DNA of 63,980 bases, the filler included, from an uncultured Myxococcia bacterium (GTDB taxonomy: Bacteria > CAZTWC01): assembly GCA_964617105.1 (NCBI GenBank). It is 3 parts of 3 records of this genome, joined end to end, with 100 filler letters (N's around TTAATTAATTAA, not from the genome) between each part and the next. Parts side by side here need not be neighbours in the genome. Positions count along the whole stretch, not along the records: positions 1 to 25,551 come from CAZTWC010000018.1; 2 more parts are not named here. One strand, 5' to 3'. Numbering within the stretch: position 1 is the stretch's first letter; each line of letters opens with the position of its first letter. The notes below the pieces were generated by a model. That model was not told the origin of the DNA. It saw only the letters and a program-made list of their open reading frames with translations, and searched no databases. Below, piece by piece: positions 1-11,100 of this stretch. Made by a program: the position numbers and the translations under genes.

Positions 1-1
1 C

Positions 2-559
2 AAAAAATCCTTTCAAGCCAACGTAATTGTCATTTTTGTTGTCCTGGTTGTGGTTGGTTCCATCATTTCAGGGCTGCTACTCTATGGAGTGTTAGGGGTA
101 AATCTGGAAGAATCTTTTAACAGGGCTCATTTGGGTTTGAAGAATACTAAAGATCTTCTTTTCCCCTCTATTTTAACTGCAAACATTATCACCATTATTT
201 CCATCTCCCTGGTCACCATATACATAATGATCTACATTTCCCATCGTATCGCCGGCCCTCTATACAAATTTGAAGGCATGCTCAAAGAGGTAGCCAAGGG
301 AAATCTGAAGTTGAGTGCCAAAACCAGGGCGAAAGATGAACTTAAGGATTTTTCGCTGGTCTTTGATGAGGCTTTGAACGGCTTAAATCAAAAGGTGACA
401 GCCATAAAAGAGAGTTCGTCTGGTTTGGGAAAAACCATACAGGAATTGAAACAGGCGGCTGTAAAGGCTGAACTCTCGCCTGATCTTAAAGCCGGTTTGG
501 AAAAGATGGACAATGAAGTAAAAGAGTTACAAAAGAAAACTGATCAGTTCCAGGTTTAA
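2..559 (+). CDS. Membrane protein with HAMP domain and short MCP-like coiled coil (5'-truncated)
   Basis: Frame is open from base 2 (KKSFQANVIVIFVVLVVVGS...). Two hydrophobic helices are followed by ISHRIAGPLYKFE...AKGNL...RAKDEL, a HAMP pattern. Confidence 0.7.
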   Translation, partial: KKSFQANVIVIFVVLVVVGSIISGLLLYGVLGVNLEESFNRAHLGLKNTKDLLFPSILTANIITIISISLVTIYIMIYISHRIAGPLYKFEGMLKEVAKGNLKLSAKTRAKDELKDFSLVFDEALNGLNQKVTAIKESSSGLGKTIQELKQAAVKAELSPDLKAGLEKMDNEVKELQKKTDQFQV

Positions 560-598
560 TGGTAATTCTCTTTTCATCGCAAATTCGCAGGTAAATGG

Positions 599-1711
599 TC
601 AAAAGGAAAGTTTACTATTACTTTTGTCTCCTCCCCTGAATTCCACTTTTATTTTTAAACGCAAGTCATTGGCGCTGTCTGCATTGGCCAGGGCGGTTTC
701 TTCACTTATCTTACCGCTGGTAAACAGTTGGTACAGGGCCTGATCAAAGGTCTGCATTCCATCCTGCTGAGATTTGGACATATAGGTTTTCAGTTCTTCA
801 ATATCTCCCTTGGCAATTAAGTCGGAGGCCCGGGGCGTGTCCATCATAATTTCTATAGCAGCCGCTCGCTGGCCTGCCACTGTGGGTATCAGGCGTTGAG
901 AAACCACCCCTTTTAGATTGAGAGACAATTGGTATAGCACCTGGTGGTGTTCTTCAACTGGAAAAAAATTGAGAATCCTCTCCAGAGCCTGGTTGGAGTT
1001 GTTGGCGTGTAAAGTGCCCAGAACCAGGTGACCGGTTTCACAAAACTGCAGGGCTGATTCCATAGATATCCGGTCTCTGATCTCTCCTATTAGCAGTAGA
1101 TCTGGAGCCTGTCGCAATGCGCTGCGCAATGCGCTGTGAAATGAGTGAGTATCGATTCCCACTTCCCGCTGGGTGATGAGGCTTTTCTTAGGTTGATGGA
1201 CAAATTCGATGGGATCTTCAATGGTGATAATATGTCCACCCATGCTGGCATTTCTGAAGTCAATAATAGCAGCCAGGGTAGTTGATTTTCCACTGCCGGT
1301 AGCTCCGCAGACCAGGATCAGCCCCCTTTTTAATATTGCTAAATGTTTGAGTACCTGCGGTAAATTCAAATCGTCAATGGTGGGAACATTCATTTCGATT
1401 CGACGCACCACCATACCAACCTGTCCTCTTTGTTGAAAAAGGTTGACCCGAAAACGGTCTTTCCCTTCCAGGCTATAGGCCATGTCAAGCTCCAACTCCT
1501 TTTTAAACTGTTCCATTTGGGCAGGTTCGATGATCTCCTCAGCCATGGTCAGGGTTTGGTCTGGTGTTAAAGGCGGTGTGCCCAGGTGGACAAATTTTCC
1601 CTGGATCTTGAAAACCGGTGGGGTGCCAGTGGTGAGGTAGAGGTCAGAGGCTTTACGTCTAGCCATCAGGTTTAAGATCTGTTTCAAATTAAAATCTGTG
1701 GTTTCTTTCAT
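599..1711 (-). CDS. pilU: Type IV pilus retraction ATPase, PilU-like
   Basis: Walker A GATGSGKST, TIEDPIE, LRQAPDLLLIGEIRD, GHLVLGTLHANNSNQALERI, GMQTFDQ. Lacks the AIRNLIRE motif and lies directly downstream of pilT. Confidence 0.9.
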   Translation of the reverse strand: MKETTDFNLKQILNLMARRKASDLYLTTGTPPVFKIQGKFVHLGTPPLTPDQTLTMAEEIIEPAQMEQFKKELELDMAYSLEGKDRFRVNLFQQRGQVGMVVRRIEMNVPTIDDLNLPQVLKHLAILKRGLILVCGATGSGKSTTLAAIIDFRNASMGGHIITIEDPIEFVHQPKKSLITQREVGIDTHSFHSALRSALRQAPDLLLIGEIRDRISMESALQFCETGHLVLGTLHANNSNQALERILNFFPVEEHHQVLYQLSLNLKGVVSQRLIPTVAGQRAAAIEIMMDTPRASDLIAKGDIEELKTYMSKSQQDGMQTFDQALYQLFTSGKISEETALANADSANDLRLKIKVEFRGGDKSNSKLSF

Positions 1712-1730
1712 TGATGATTACTCCTGGCAA

Positions 1731-2858
1731 TTACCTAACATGGGTGCCAATTTCAATATGTGAGATGTCGCTTATATCTGCCTCATGCATATGATGTACT
1801 CCACCTTCGGTTCCACCGGGCAGGAAGGTTTCTGGCTGCAGAGCCTTTTTAGCCGCTTCTTGAGGCGATATCAAACCTTTCATCAACAACTCTTTCAAGT
1901 GCTGGTCAAGGCTTTGCATACCCTTCTGGAATCCTACCTGGATAGCGGAATTGATTTGAAAGGTTTTATTTTCCCGAATCAGGTTCTTAACCGCTGATGT
2001 GCCAACCATAATCTCAAAGGCCGCAACCCTGCCCTTGCCGTCTTGGCGCGGCAGTAGAGCCTGGGAGATAACCCCCTGAAGCGATTCGGAAAGCATGGTT
2101 CTGATCTGTTCCTGTTGGTTGGCAGGAAAAACGTCTATGATCCGATCTACGGTTTTAGCGGCACTATTGGTATGCAGGGTTCCAAAAACCAGGTGTCCGG
2201 TTTCCGCTGCGGTAAGGGCCAGGCTAATAGTTTCCAGGTCTCGCATCTCACCAACCAGGATAATATCGGGGTCTTCCCTGAGGGCGCTTTTTAAGGCATT
2301 ACCAAACGATTTGGTATTGTTGCCTACTTCCCGTTGGTTGACCAGACATTTTTTTGATTGGTGAACAAATTCGATAGGATCTTCTACAGTAATGATGTGT
2401 CCGTTTCTCTCTTCGTTGAGCAAGTTTACCATGGCTGCCAGGGTAGTTGATTTGCCGCTGCCGGTTGGTCCGGTCACCACCACTAGTCCTTTCTCCTTGC
2501 GGCAGAGGTCCATAATTTTTTGGGGCAATCCCAATTTTTGAAAAGAGATTATCTCGGAGGGGATAACCCGAAAAACCGCACCTTCGCCTTTGTGTTGGTA
2601 AAAGGCATTAACTCTGAAGCGGGAAATACCGGACATATCGACTGAAAAGTCTAACTCCCAGTTCTCTTCGAATTTTTTACGCTGTTCATCGCTCATTATG
2701 TCGTAAATTAATTGGCGGATGGCATTGCGTTCCAAAGGCGGCATTTTCAAGCGCCTCAGTTTGCCATGCAGCCTGATCATAGGCGCATCGCCGCTGGAGA
2801 GATGGAGGTCTGAGCCCCCTTGCTGCACTGTAAAAGTCAACAGTTCTGTTATATCCAT
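1731..2858 (-). CDS. pilT: Type IV pilus retraction ATPase PilT
   Basis: MDITELL N-terminus, GPTGSGKST, LREDPDIILVGEMRD, GHLVFGTLHT, AVKNLIRE (AIRNLIRE motif). Confidence 0.95.
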   Translation of the reverse strand: MDITELLTFTVQQGGSDLHLSSGDAPMIRLHGKLRRLKMPPLERNAIRQLIYDIMSDEQRKKFEENWELDFSVDMSGISRFRVNAFYQHKGEGAVFRVIPSEIISFQKLGLPQKIMDLCRKEKGLVVVTGPTGSGKSTTLAAMVNLLNEERNGHIITVEDPIEFVHQSKKCLVNQREVGNNTKSFGNALKSALREDPDIILVGEMRDLETISLALTAAETGHLVFGTLHTNSAAKTVDRIIDVFPANQQEQIRTMLSESLQGVISQALLPRQDGKGRVAAFEIMVGTSAVKNLIRENKTFQINSAIQVGFQKGMQSLDQHLKELLMKGLISPQEAAKKALQPETFLPGGTEGGVHHMHEADISDISHIEIGTHVR

Positions 2859-2949
2859 TAGTTTACCTCTTTTATAACAAAAAAAATTCTCAGCATTTTA
2901 ACCCAGTGAAATAGTTCTGCTCCGGCTGGAAGTCGGATTGATTAGATAT

Positions 2950-4623
2950 TTATATAAGGTAATTTATGACCGATATCTCCCCTTCCCGAAGCAATTGGTA
3001 CTCTTTTGCAGAGAGGGAGGGAGTGATATCAACTTTTTCTCCTTTCAGTAATTTTACTCTCTCCTGGTTGGTTATTTGGTGGCAGTGATGCAGGTCAATA
3101 TAGGTATGGTAACCGGTATTGTTGCACTGATCGCAACTTCCAGACCCTGGTCCAGGTAGAAATAGGGCTTGATCTTCGGGAAACTCCACCTGGTCTATTT
3201 GAAAACAGGATTTTATCATTTGTCGGTAACTGTCGCGCTCCTTATTATCGATTGGCAGCCGGCACTTTTGACACAACATTCCCATGGTTTTACTCTCCAG
3301 CAGAAGTTGCACCCTGGAGAGGATATTGTTAGGGTTGTTTAACTGGTTTTCCTGCAATTGGTGCCAAAGGGAGATGATAGTACAGTGATCTGTGCAGATA
3401 ACCGCTTGACCGCCGGCGGAAATAATAGGCTGCACCAAATCGAGCAACTCAAGAATACTGATTCCTGGCAAATGAAATCCGTTTACATCGGCATAAAGTC
3501 CAACATAACCCTTGATCCAGTTGTTGATATCCTTTTTTAGATTACTACTCTGGGAGAGTTGAGACTGCATAATGCCATCCAGTTCCAACTCGATATAGTT
3601 TTCAAAAGAGAGCACCCGCTTTTGCAGATTCTTGAACTCTTCTAACAGATTGTAATAAAGCAGTTTTCTCTGTTTGCGATCCTTTGAAGCGATAAGGTAA
3701 AGGCCGCCGTTTTCTTTGTGCAGAGTCATTTTTTGATTGGGGGTCAAGTCCAGATTAAACTCATTTATCTCCTGGGAAGATTTGAAACCCAGGGAGATGG
3801 CTGCGGCTTCGTAGTTGGCAAAGGGAAAGATAGTTACCATCAACAGCATTGAATGGTAATGGATTTTGAGGCTGCAGGTAGAAGTGACCGGGTTATCCAG
3901 TTTTTCCGTCTCTATTCCGGTCATGATTTTTAGTCGTTTCAACACCAGTTGGTACATTTTAGTGTCGATGGATTCGACTTTTTGACTGATTCCCTGGTTT
4001 ATATAAATGATGTTTATCTCCTGACTGGTTGGGAAAAAGAGGATCTCCTCACCCCCCTGCTTGAGCACCTTGTTGATATGCTTTAAGATGAAACTGGTAC
4101 CGGTTTTGTCCGCAGTCTCTTTTTCACCTTTCATAGAGAAAACAGTGCCGTGTTCTCCCTGTTCATCTTTATCTACATTTTGGTTAGTTTTTCCAAAGAT
4201 ATGGTCTATAATACTGTCTATCTGTTTTTGGGAGGCCAGGCATTTTTGGATGGTTTTTCCGGTTTTACGGGCCAGTTCGTCAGCTGCATCCTGATTGGAT
4301 GGGTCGGAGAGAGCCACGTTTAGTTCATCACCAAAGGACAACATGGGTAAAATGGAGTAGGTGCGTAAAAATGATTGGGAAAACTTACGCACCAGATCCA
4401 AGTCGACCTGGTTGATATCAATGGAGACATAAGGCAGGTTCCAGTGTTTGCTTAGAGCCCAGTTAATCTGGTCTTCAGTGCAATAGCCCAAGTCGGTAAA
4501 GAGTTCTCCCAATCTTTTCCCCGATTTTTTATGGACTTTCAGAGCATTTAAGATCTGTTCTTCGGTTATCAGGTTATATTCACGCAGCACATCTGAAAGG
4601 CGGTAGGGTTTGTCAGTGGCCAT
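2950..4623 (-). CDS. PilB/GspE-like protein with N-terminal MshEN-like domain and degenerate ATPase domain
   Basis: RLSDVL...ITEEQILNAL...KRLGELF...TEDQINWAL tandem motif; VALSDP; RLKIMTGI; retained LCQKC...CDQCNNTGY Zn motif. Walker A, Walker B and His boxes are degenerate. Confidence 0.8.
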   Translation of the reverse strand: MATDKPYRLSDVLREYNLITEEQILNALKVHKKSGKRLGELFTDLGYCTEDQINWALSKHWNLPYVSIDINQVDLDLVRKFSQSFLRTYSILPMLSFGDELNVALSDPSNQDAADELARKTGKTIQKCLASQKQIDSIIDHIFGKTNQNVDKDEQGEHGTVFSMKGEKETADKTGTSFILKHINKVLKQGGEEILFFPTSQEINIIYINQGISQKVESIDTKMYQLVLKRLKIMTGIETEKLDNPVTSTCSLKIHYHSMLLMVTIFPFANYEAAAISLGFKSSQEINEFNLDLTPNQKMTLHKENGGLYLIASKDRKQRKLLYYNLLEEFKNLQKRVLSFENYIELELDGIMQSQLSQSSNLKKDINNWIKGYVGLYADVNGFHLPGISILELLDLVQPIISAGGQAVICTDHCTIISLWHQLQENQLNNPNNILSRVQLLLESKTMGMLCQKCRLPIDNKERDSYRQMIKSCFQIDQVEFPEDQALFLPGPGSGSCDQCNNTGYHTYIDLHHCHQITNQERVKLLKGEKVDITPSLSAKEYQLLREGEISVINYLI

Positions 4624-4785
4624 AAGAGATTATCCTCCAGGTTCCAATTGTTTAAAAGAAAATTCTACCAGATTATTTTTATCCAGAAAAGGAATATTTT
4701 ATGTTATTATCGGGCGTAGGAAAATCGCCCCTTTACCAGATTGGATACCTGAATTAAGAAACGCGATTATTAGAGGTTTAAATAT

Positions 4786-5736
4786 ATGAATAGAATAGAG
4801 GAATCTAAGTTTGTGGTTATAAACCTGACATTAAAATTGATGTTAGTAATGATATTTTTGTTTTTAGTAGGTGGATGTCACTGGATTAAAGGGGGGTTAA
4901 AAGAGAAACAGGCTATATCAGTAGGAATGGGAAAATCGCTTAAAGGTGGACCAACCCATAGATCTCCGGTATTTATCCCGGATTTTAGCAAGAATTTTAT
5001 TATCCAGGAGGATTTTATCCTGGATGAATTTGTGACTCAGAGGAAAATCAAGGCTGACCAACTCATTTTTAACCTGCGTGGCAATATGCTTAGCGATCAG
5101 ATGCTGAAAAAACTGCGATTTATAGAGGATATAGAAAAAGTTATTAGACTTAAAGGAAGAGTTAAAGAAATACATATAACCCAATTAAAACAGGTTAAAA
5201 ATTATAGTGTTATGGTCGAAAGCCCCCCGCCTGGTAACTGGAAAAAGTATATCAACAACCTGCTTAAACTGGGACCGGTTAATAAGAAATTTATATTACC
5301 GGCTGAATTTAATACCCAATTGATGGAAACGGTAGGAAAGGCTGGTATGGTTAGTTGGGTATATAATATGCCCAATACAAACAAAGAGTTGCAGAGAGAT
5401 ATTAAAGTATTATCTAATTTTAAAAAACAGGGAATCTGGCTAAAATTCACCACCCTGGCCAACCGCGATTTACTACCATTAATCAATATTTTGAAGCCCC
5501 GGGGGATTATTGTCGAGGTTAAAAGTGACCGGTTTTCCAAAGAGTTTAATTCTTTTATTGCTAACATAAAGACTGGGCGAATTGAGTTTATTATTAATGA
5601 AGATGAGATGAACATTGCCAAACTTGAGAGCCTGGGAAATTTTTCCCAGGTGGCTTTGACCATTCAGATGAAATCTCGCCAGATTGATAAGAATCTGGAA
5701 GAGATATTGTCTGCCATTATTTCTCAAAGTGAATGA
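4786..5736 (+). CDS. Hypothetical protein, possible lipoprotein
   Basis: 316-aa ORF with GAGG RBS and a hydrophobic stretch ending LVGGC (lipobox-like). No family recognised. Confidence 0.55.
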   Translation: MNRIEESKFVVINLTLKLMLVMIFLFLVGGCHWIKGGLKEKQAISVGMGKSLKGGPTHRSPVFIPDFSKNFIIQEDFILDEFVTQRKIKADQLIFNLRGNMLSDQMLKKLRFIEDIEKVIRLKGRVKEIHITQLKQVKNYSVMVESPPPGNWKKYINNLLKLGPVNKKFILPAEFNTQLMETVGKAGMVSWVYNMPNTNKELQRDIKVLSNFKKQGIWLKFTTLANRDLLPLINILKPRGIIVEVKSDRFSKEFNSFIANIKTGRIEFIINEDEMNIAKLESLGNFSQVALTIQMKSRQIDKNLEEILSAIISQSE

Positions 5737-5788
5737 AATATTTTAAGGTAATTTTCGCGACGAAGAGATCGAACAACGAGGTTAAGAC

Positions 5789-6865
5789 ATGAAAATATCT
5801 ATAATAGGTTTACCACAGGCCGGAAAAAGGGAGGCTTTTTCTTTACTTACATCTTCTCCCTACAGTCATGATATATCCCGCTCCGGATTGGTTGGGATGG
5901 CAAATATTCGAGATAAAAGATTGGAAAAATTGTCTGCTATTTACCAACCCAAAAAAACAGTTCCAGGCACCTTGGAATTTTTGCTCCTTCCTTCCTTGGA
6001 AAAACCAGGACAGAATGGACCGATTTTGAGGGAAATAGCCAATAGCGAATTGATCTGCTATGTTGTTCGAGCCTTTGAGGATGAAACGGTTTTTCATGTA
6101 GACGGTAGTGTTGACCCTGTCCGGGATCTTGAATGGTTAAACAATGAACTTATTCTGGCTGATATGATATTTTTAGAAAAGCGGCTGGAGAATTTATCTA
6201 AAGATAAGAGTAAAGGAAAAAAGAAGTCTTTGGCTGGGCAATTGGATGAGGAGGATTTACTAAAGCGGGCCAATACCCATTTGGAAGATGGAAAGCCTCT
6301 ATCTTCCCTGGAGGCGAATTTGGAAGAGATGAAATTGTTGCGGGAGACTTACCGCCTGTTAACAGCCAAACCGGTTTTGCTGGTTTTGAATATTGTCGAA
6401 GATGATATTGGCCAGGATCTCTATCTGGCTAAGGTTAAAACTCTTTTACAGCACTGGAAGTGTATGGCGGTGGAAATTGCGATTAAGTTGGAGGAAGAAC
6501 TTTCCAATTTTGATTCCATAGAGGAGCGCCAAGAGTTTTTAACTGATTATGGCATCGAACAGGAAGCCCTGGAAAAATTGACCATCTCCGCCTACCATCT
6601 TTTGGGTCGTATCACCTTTTTTACGGTGGGAAAAGATGAAGTGAGAGCCTGGATGATTCCCAAGGATTCCCTGGCGCCCAGGGCTGCCAGAGCAGTGCAC
6701 CGCGATATAGAACGAGGGTTTATCAGGGCTGAAGTGATGAAATATGAAGATTTTATGCAAATAGGCAGCGCCCAGGGGCTAAAAGAAGCGGGAAAATACT
6801 ATGTTAAGGGAAAAGATTATCAGGTAGAAGATGGAGATATTATAAACTATCTTTTTAAAGTTTAG
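5789..6865 (+). CDS. ychF: YchF/Ola1-family protein with atypical G motifs
   Basis: IIGLPQAGK, D-x-RL...YQPKK, VVRAF, VHVDGSVDPVRD, C-terminal TGS/DUF933 FFTVGKDEVRAW...GFIRAEV...GKDYQVEDGDII. Confidence 0.85.
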   Translation: MKISIIGLPQAGKREAFSLLTSSPYSHDISRSGLVGMANIRDKRLEKLSAIYQPKKTVPGTLEFLLLPSLEKPGQNGPILREIANSELICYVVRAFEDETVFHVDGSVDPVRDLEWLNNELILADMIFLEKRLENLSKDKSKGKKKSLAGQLDEEDLLKRANTHLEDGKPLSSLEANLEEMKLLRETYRLLTAKPVLLVLNIVEDDIGQDLYLAKVKTLLQHWKCMAVEIAIKLEEELSNFDSIEERQEFLTDYGIEQEALEKLTISAYHLLGRITFFTVGKDEVRAWMIPKDSLAPRAARAVHRDIERGFIRAEVMKYEDFMQIGSAQGLKEAGKYYVKGKDYQVEDGDIINYLFKV

Positions 6866-6871
6866 ACCGGT

Positions 6872-8107
6872 ATGAAAATCCTCCATACCTCAGATTGGCA
6901 TCTTGGCCGGCAACTCTATGACCGTAAACGTTATCAGGAATTCAGCCAATTTCTTGATTGGCTGGCTCAAATTATCGAGCAGAACAGTATCAATACATTA
7001 TTAATATGTGGAGATGTTTTTGAGAGCCGCACTCCCAGTAATCGCGCTCAGGAACTTTACTATCGCTTTCTATTTAACATCTCTAAATTTCGCTGCTGCC
7101 GTCATGTGGTAGTTATAGGCGGAAACCATGACTCCCCCTCTTTTCTGAATGCCCCCAAAGAACTACTTCGTATTCTGAATGTGTATGTAGTCGGTTCTGT
7201 AACCGACAATTTGGAAGATGAAGTTTTGGTTCTAAAAGATAATGAAAATATTCCCGAAGCAATTGTATGCGCAGTCCCCTATTTGAGAGATAAGGATATT
7301 CGAAAAGTTGAGGCTGGAGAAACCAATGAAGATAAAAATAAAAAACTCCTGGAGGGGGTGCGCAAACATTATTCAGAGGTCGGCAAAATTGCCCAACAGA
7401 AACAAAATGAGTTGGGAGATGTTCCAATTATTGCTATGGGGCACCTGTTTACGGCTGGCGGAAAAATCGTTGAGGGTGATGGGGTAAGAGAACTTTATAT
7501 TGGCACGCTGGCTCATGTTGGAGCAGAGGTTTTTCCATCTTGTATCGACTATTTAGCTCTGGGACATCTGCATGTTTATCAAAGAGTTGGTCAATCGAAA
7601 CACCTTCGATATTCAGGTTCTCCAATTTCAATGGGTTTTGGCGAGGCTCATCAAGAAAAGCAGGTCCTTCAGGTTCAGTTGAATGGTAAAGAAACTCAAG
7701 TAGATAAAATTACTGTCCCCAACTTTCAGCCCCTGGAAAAAATCACCGGAGAATTAGAGGATATCAGGAGAAAAATCGAAAAACTCAAAAACCAACCTGA
7801 AAAGGCTAAAACCTGGCTGGAGATTGAATATACTGGAACTGAAATGGTTAGTAACTTGAGCGAATTTATCGAGGAGTTACTGGTTGGTAGTAAAATGGAA
7901 ATTCGGCGGATTATAAACCGGCGGGTAGTTGACCAGATTATTAATAAAATGGATCAAAATGAGACCCTGGATGATCTGGGTGAGAAAGAGATTTTTATTC
8001 GTTGTCTAAATGCTCATAAGATTGAAGAGAAAGAGCGGCCTGCCTTAATAGAATCATATAATGAAATTCTAACCTCTCTTTATGAAGAGGATATAAATGC
8101 AGTATAA
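6872..8107 (+). CDS. sbcD: Exonuclease SbcCD subunit D
   Basis: Metallophosphoesterase motifs MKILHTSDWHLG, GDVF, GNHD, MGHLF, DYLALGHLH, RYSGSP. Confidence 0.95.
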   Translation: MKILHTSDWHLGRQLYDRKRYQEFSQFLDWLAQIIEQNSINTLLICGDVFESRTPSNRAQELYYRFLFNISKFRCCRHVVVIGGNHDSPSFLNAPKELLRILNVYVVGSVTDNLEDEVLVLKDNENIPEAIVCAVPYLRDKDIRKVEAGETNEDKNKKLLEGVRKHYSEVGKIAQQKQNELGDVPIIAMGHLFTAGGKIVEGDGVRELYIGTLAHVGAEVFPSCIDYLALGHLHVYQRVGQSKHLRYSGSPISMGFGEAHQEKQVLQVQLNGKETQVDKITVPNFQPLEKITGELEDIRRKIEKLKNQPEKAKTWLEIEYTGTEMVSNLSEFIEELLVGSKMEIRRIINRRVVDQIINKMDQNETLDDLGEKEIFIRCLNAHKIEEKERPALIESYNEILTSLYEEDINAV

Positions 8108-8121
8108 TAACAAGTGATTAG

Positions 8122-11100
8122 ATGAAGATCATTAAACTTAAGTTTAAAAATTTAAACTCTCTCTATGGCGAGTGGAAAATTGACTTTACTTTTTCGGAGT
8201 ACATATCGGAAGGAATTTTTGCCATTACCGGACCAACCGGAGCCGGAAAAACTACTATTCTGGATGCCATTTGCCTGGCTATTTATGGTAGAACTCCCAG
8301 GCTAAAATCGATAAACAAAAGCAGCAATGAGATAATGTCGCGGCAAACCGGTGAATGTTATGCCGAAGTTGTTTTTGAAACCCAAACCGGTAAATACCGG
8401 GCTCACTGGAGCCAACACAGAGCCAGAAAAAAAGCGGATGGCAACCTGGCAGATTCCAAACATGAGATATCCAATGCGGTTGACGGCAAGATATTAGCAT
8501 CAAAAAAGCGAGATGTGGCAGAGTGTGCTGAAGATACGACCGGCATGGATTTTGATCGGTTTACCCGCTCTATTATGCTGGCCCAGGGAGGTTTTACCGC
8601 ATTTTTGCAAGCATCTCAGGATCAACGAGCACCTATTTTGGAACAGATCACTGGAACTGAACTCTATAGCGAGATATCCAAAAAAGTTCATGAGCGTCAT
8701 CGTGAAGAAAAGGAAAATCTGAAATTGCTTCAGGCCGAGATTCAAGGAATTGCTCTTCTGGATTCTGCAGAGTTCCAAACATTAACTCAAGAAATTGGGG
8801 AAAAACAAGCCAATAAACAAAAAATTTCCAGTCAGTATGAAAAAATTAAATCTTCAATTTTATGGTTGAATCAAATTGAAGCGCTTAAAAAGGCTATCGA
8901 TAATATAACAAAAGAGGAGTACCAACTTTTTGACAACACAGAAGCCTTTAAACCTGAGAAAGAAAAATTGGATAAAGGGTTAAATGCAGATAATCTGCAA
9001 GTGGAACACACCAAATTGTTGCAAATGCGAAATGAACAAAAACGGAGCCAGGAGTCCCTAGAAAATAGTTCTAAAAAGTTGCCTAACCTTGAAAAATCAT
9101 TGAATCAAATAGAAAATGACTTTGCATTTGCTAACAAAGAGTGTGTAGGATCAAAAGATTATCAGAGGGCCGAACTTAAGTTGATAAAGAGAGTCAGGGA
9201 ACTTGATCTACGGCTATCTGAAAAAAAGGATTCTTTAAATAAAACTGTCTCCGATTTCCAAAAATTAAAGGAACAACTTTCAGAAAACCAACAGTTACAG
9301 ACAGCCAAATTGGCCCAACAGAAAACTAAAAAGGGGCACCTGGAAACTATAATCAGATATCTGTCGGATAATAGTGTTGATGAAAAACTGATTACTGAGT
9401 TTACCGGCATTAAAGAACAGTTGAAAAATTTAATATCCATCTCCCATTACATCTCCGCTCAAAAAAAGAATATAAATGGGCAAGAAAAACAAGTTAAGAG
9501 GGATTCGGTTTTTCAAGAAAATCAGCAAAAAATGGTTGATGAACTTAAGAAATGCCTTAAAAATGAGCAAAAACAATTAACTGAAACTAAAAATAAATTA
9601 AAGGAGCACCTGGGTCCAAAACTACTCCGTGAATATAGATCCCAACTGGAATATCTGTATAGGGAGATGGGGCTTCAGAGCAAAATATTAAGCCTGAAGG
9701 ATGAACGGCAACAGTTAGAGGATGGTAAAGAGTGTCCATTGTGTGGTTCAAAAGATCATCCCTATGCCAGGGGTAATGTTCCAGATATTGAACAGACCCA
9801 GAGAGAAATTGATAGGTTATCGGCACTGATTAAAAAAGTGGAAAAGTTGGAAAGTTCGATAAAACATTCGGAAAATAAAGAGAAAAATTCTATCTCAAAA
9901 TTATATAAAGCAGAAAAAGAATCTATAAAAGCCGAGAATCAGAAACAACAGTCTCTTTTAGAACTTCAGCGCCTAAAGGATGAACTCAAGGAACAACAGC
10001 AGCGCTTAGATAAATTAAATGATCATTTAGAAGTAGAGTTAAAGCCCTTTGGGGTTGATGAATTACTAGAAAAAGATAAGATCTCTATAGAGACAATTTT
10101 GGAAGATAGAGTTAATAGAAGAAAATCATTTCAAAAGCAGCAAACAGAGAAGGAGGAACAGATATCCGGATTGGTGTCTGATTTAAAAGGGTTTGAAGTA
10201 ATTATCCAAACCCTTGGAGATTCATTAAAAGAGAAACAGGAACTTATTTCAGGGGCGCAACAAGTTTTAAATAAACTAAAGGAGCAGCGCCAGGAACTCT
10301 ATGGCTCAAAAGATCCGGACCAGGAGGAAACCCGGATGGAGAAATTGGTTATAGATGCTGAAAATAGGGAAAAAAATGTCGGGGAAAAACGTGAACAGGC
10401 CATACGCGAACTAGAAAAAATAAAAACCAGGATCAACTCTTTAATAGAGGATATAGATAAGATAAAACCTTATTTGGAAGACCGGGAAAACTCTTTTATC
10501 CTCAATTATGAAAAAAATGGATTTGTTGATGAACAAACATTCCGATCCTGTATACTTACTCAAACCGAGAAAGAAGCATTGAGCCAAAAGCAAAAGAGCC
10601 TGGAAAATATGCAGGTAGAGGTATCAACCCGCAAAAAAGATCTGGAAGACCGCCTATCTCTGGAGATCCAAAAACAAGTTACTGAAAGTTCGTTGGAAAT
10701 TCTAAAAAAAGAGCAGGCTGAAGTAGAAGAGGCCTTACAAAAATTGGGAGAAGATATTGGCGCTATAAAACAACAAATTTCTGACCACCAGGAGGCTAAA
10801 ATCAGGTATCAAGAAAAAATGGCTGCCATTGATGCTCAAAACCAAGAATGTAAACGATGGAATAATCTTCACCAATTGATAGGTTCGGTTGATGGAAAAA
10901 AATTTCGAAACTTTGCTCAGGGTATAACTTTTGAACTGATGGTGTCACATGCCAATAGACAACTTAAAACCATGACTGACCGGTACCTGTTGGTTCGTCA
11001 TAGAGAGCATCCTTTGGAGTTGAATGTTTGTGATAACTATCAGGCAGGAGAGATAAGAACCACTAAAAATTTGTCGGGCGGAGAGAGTTTTCTGGTGAGT

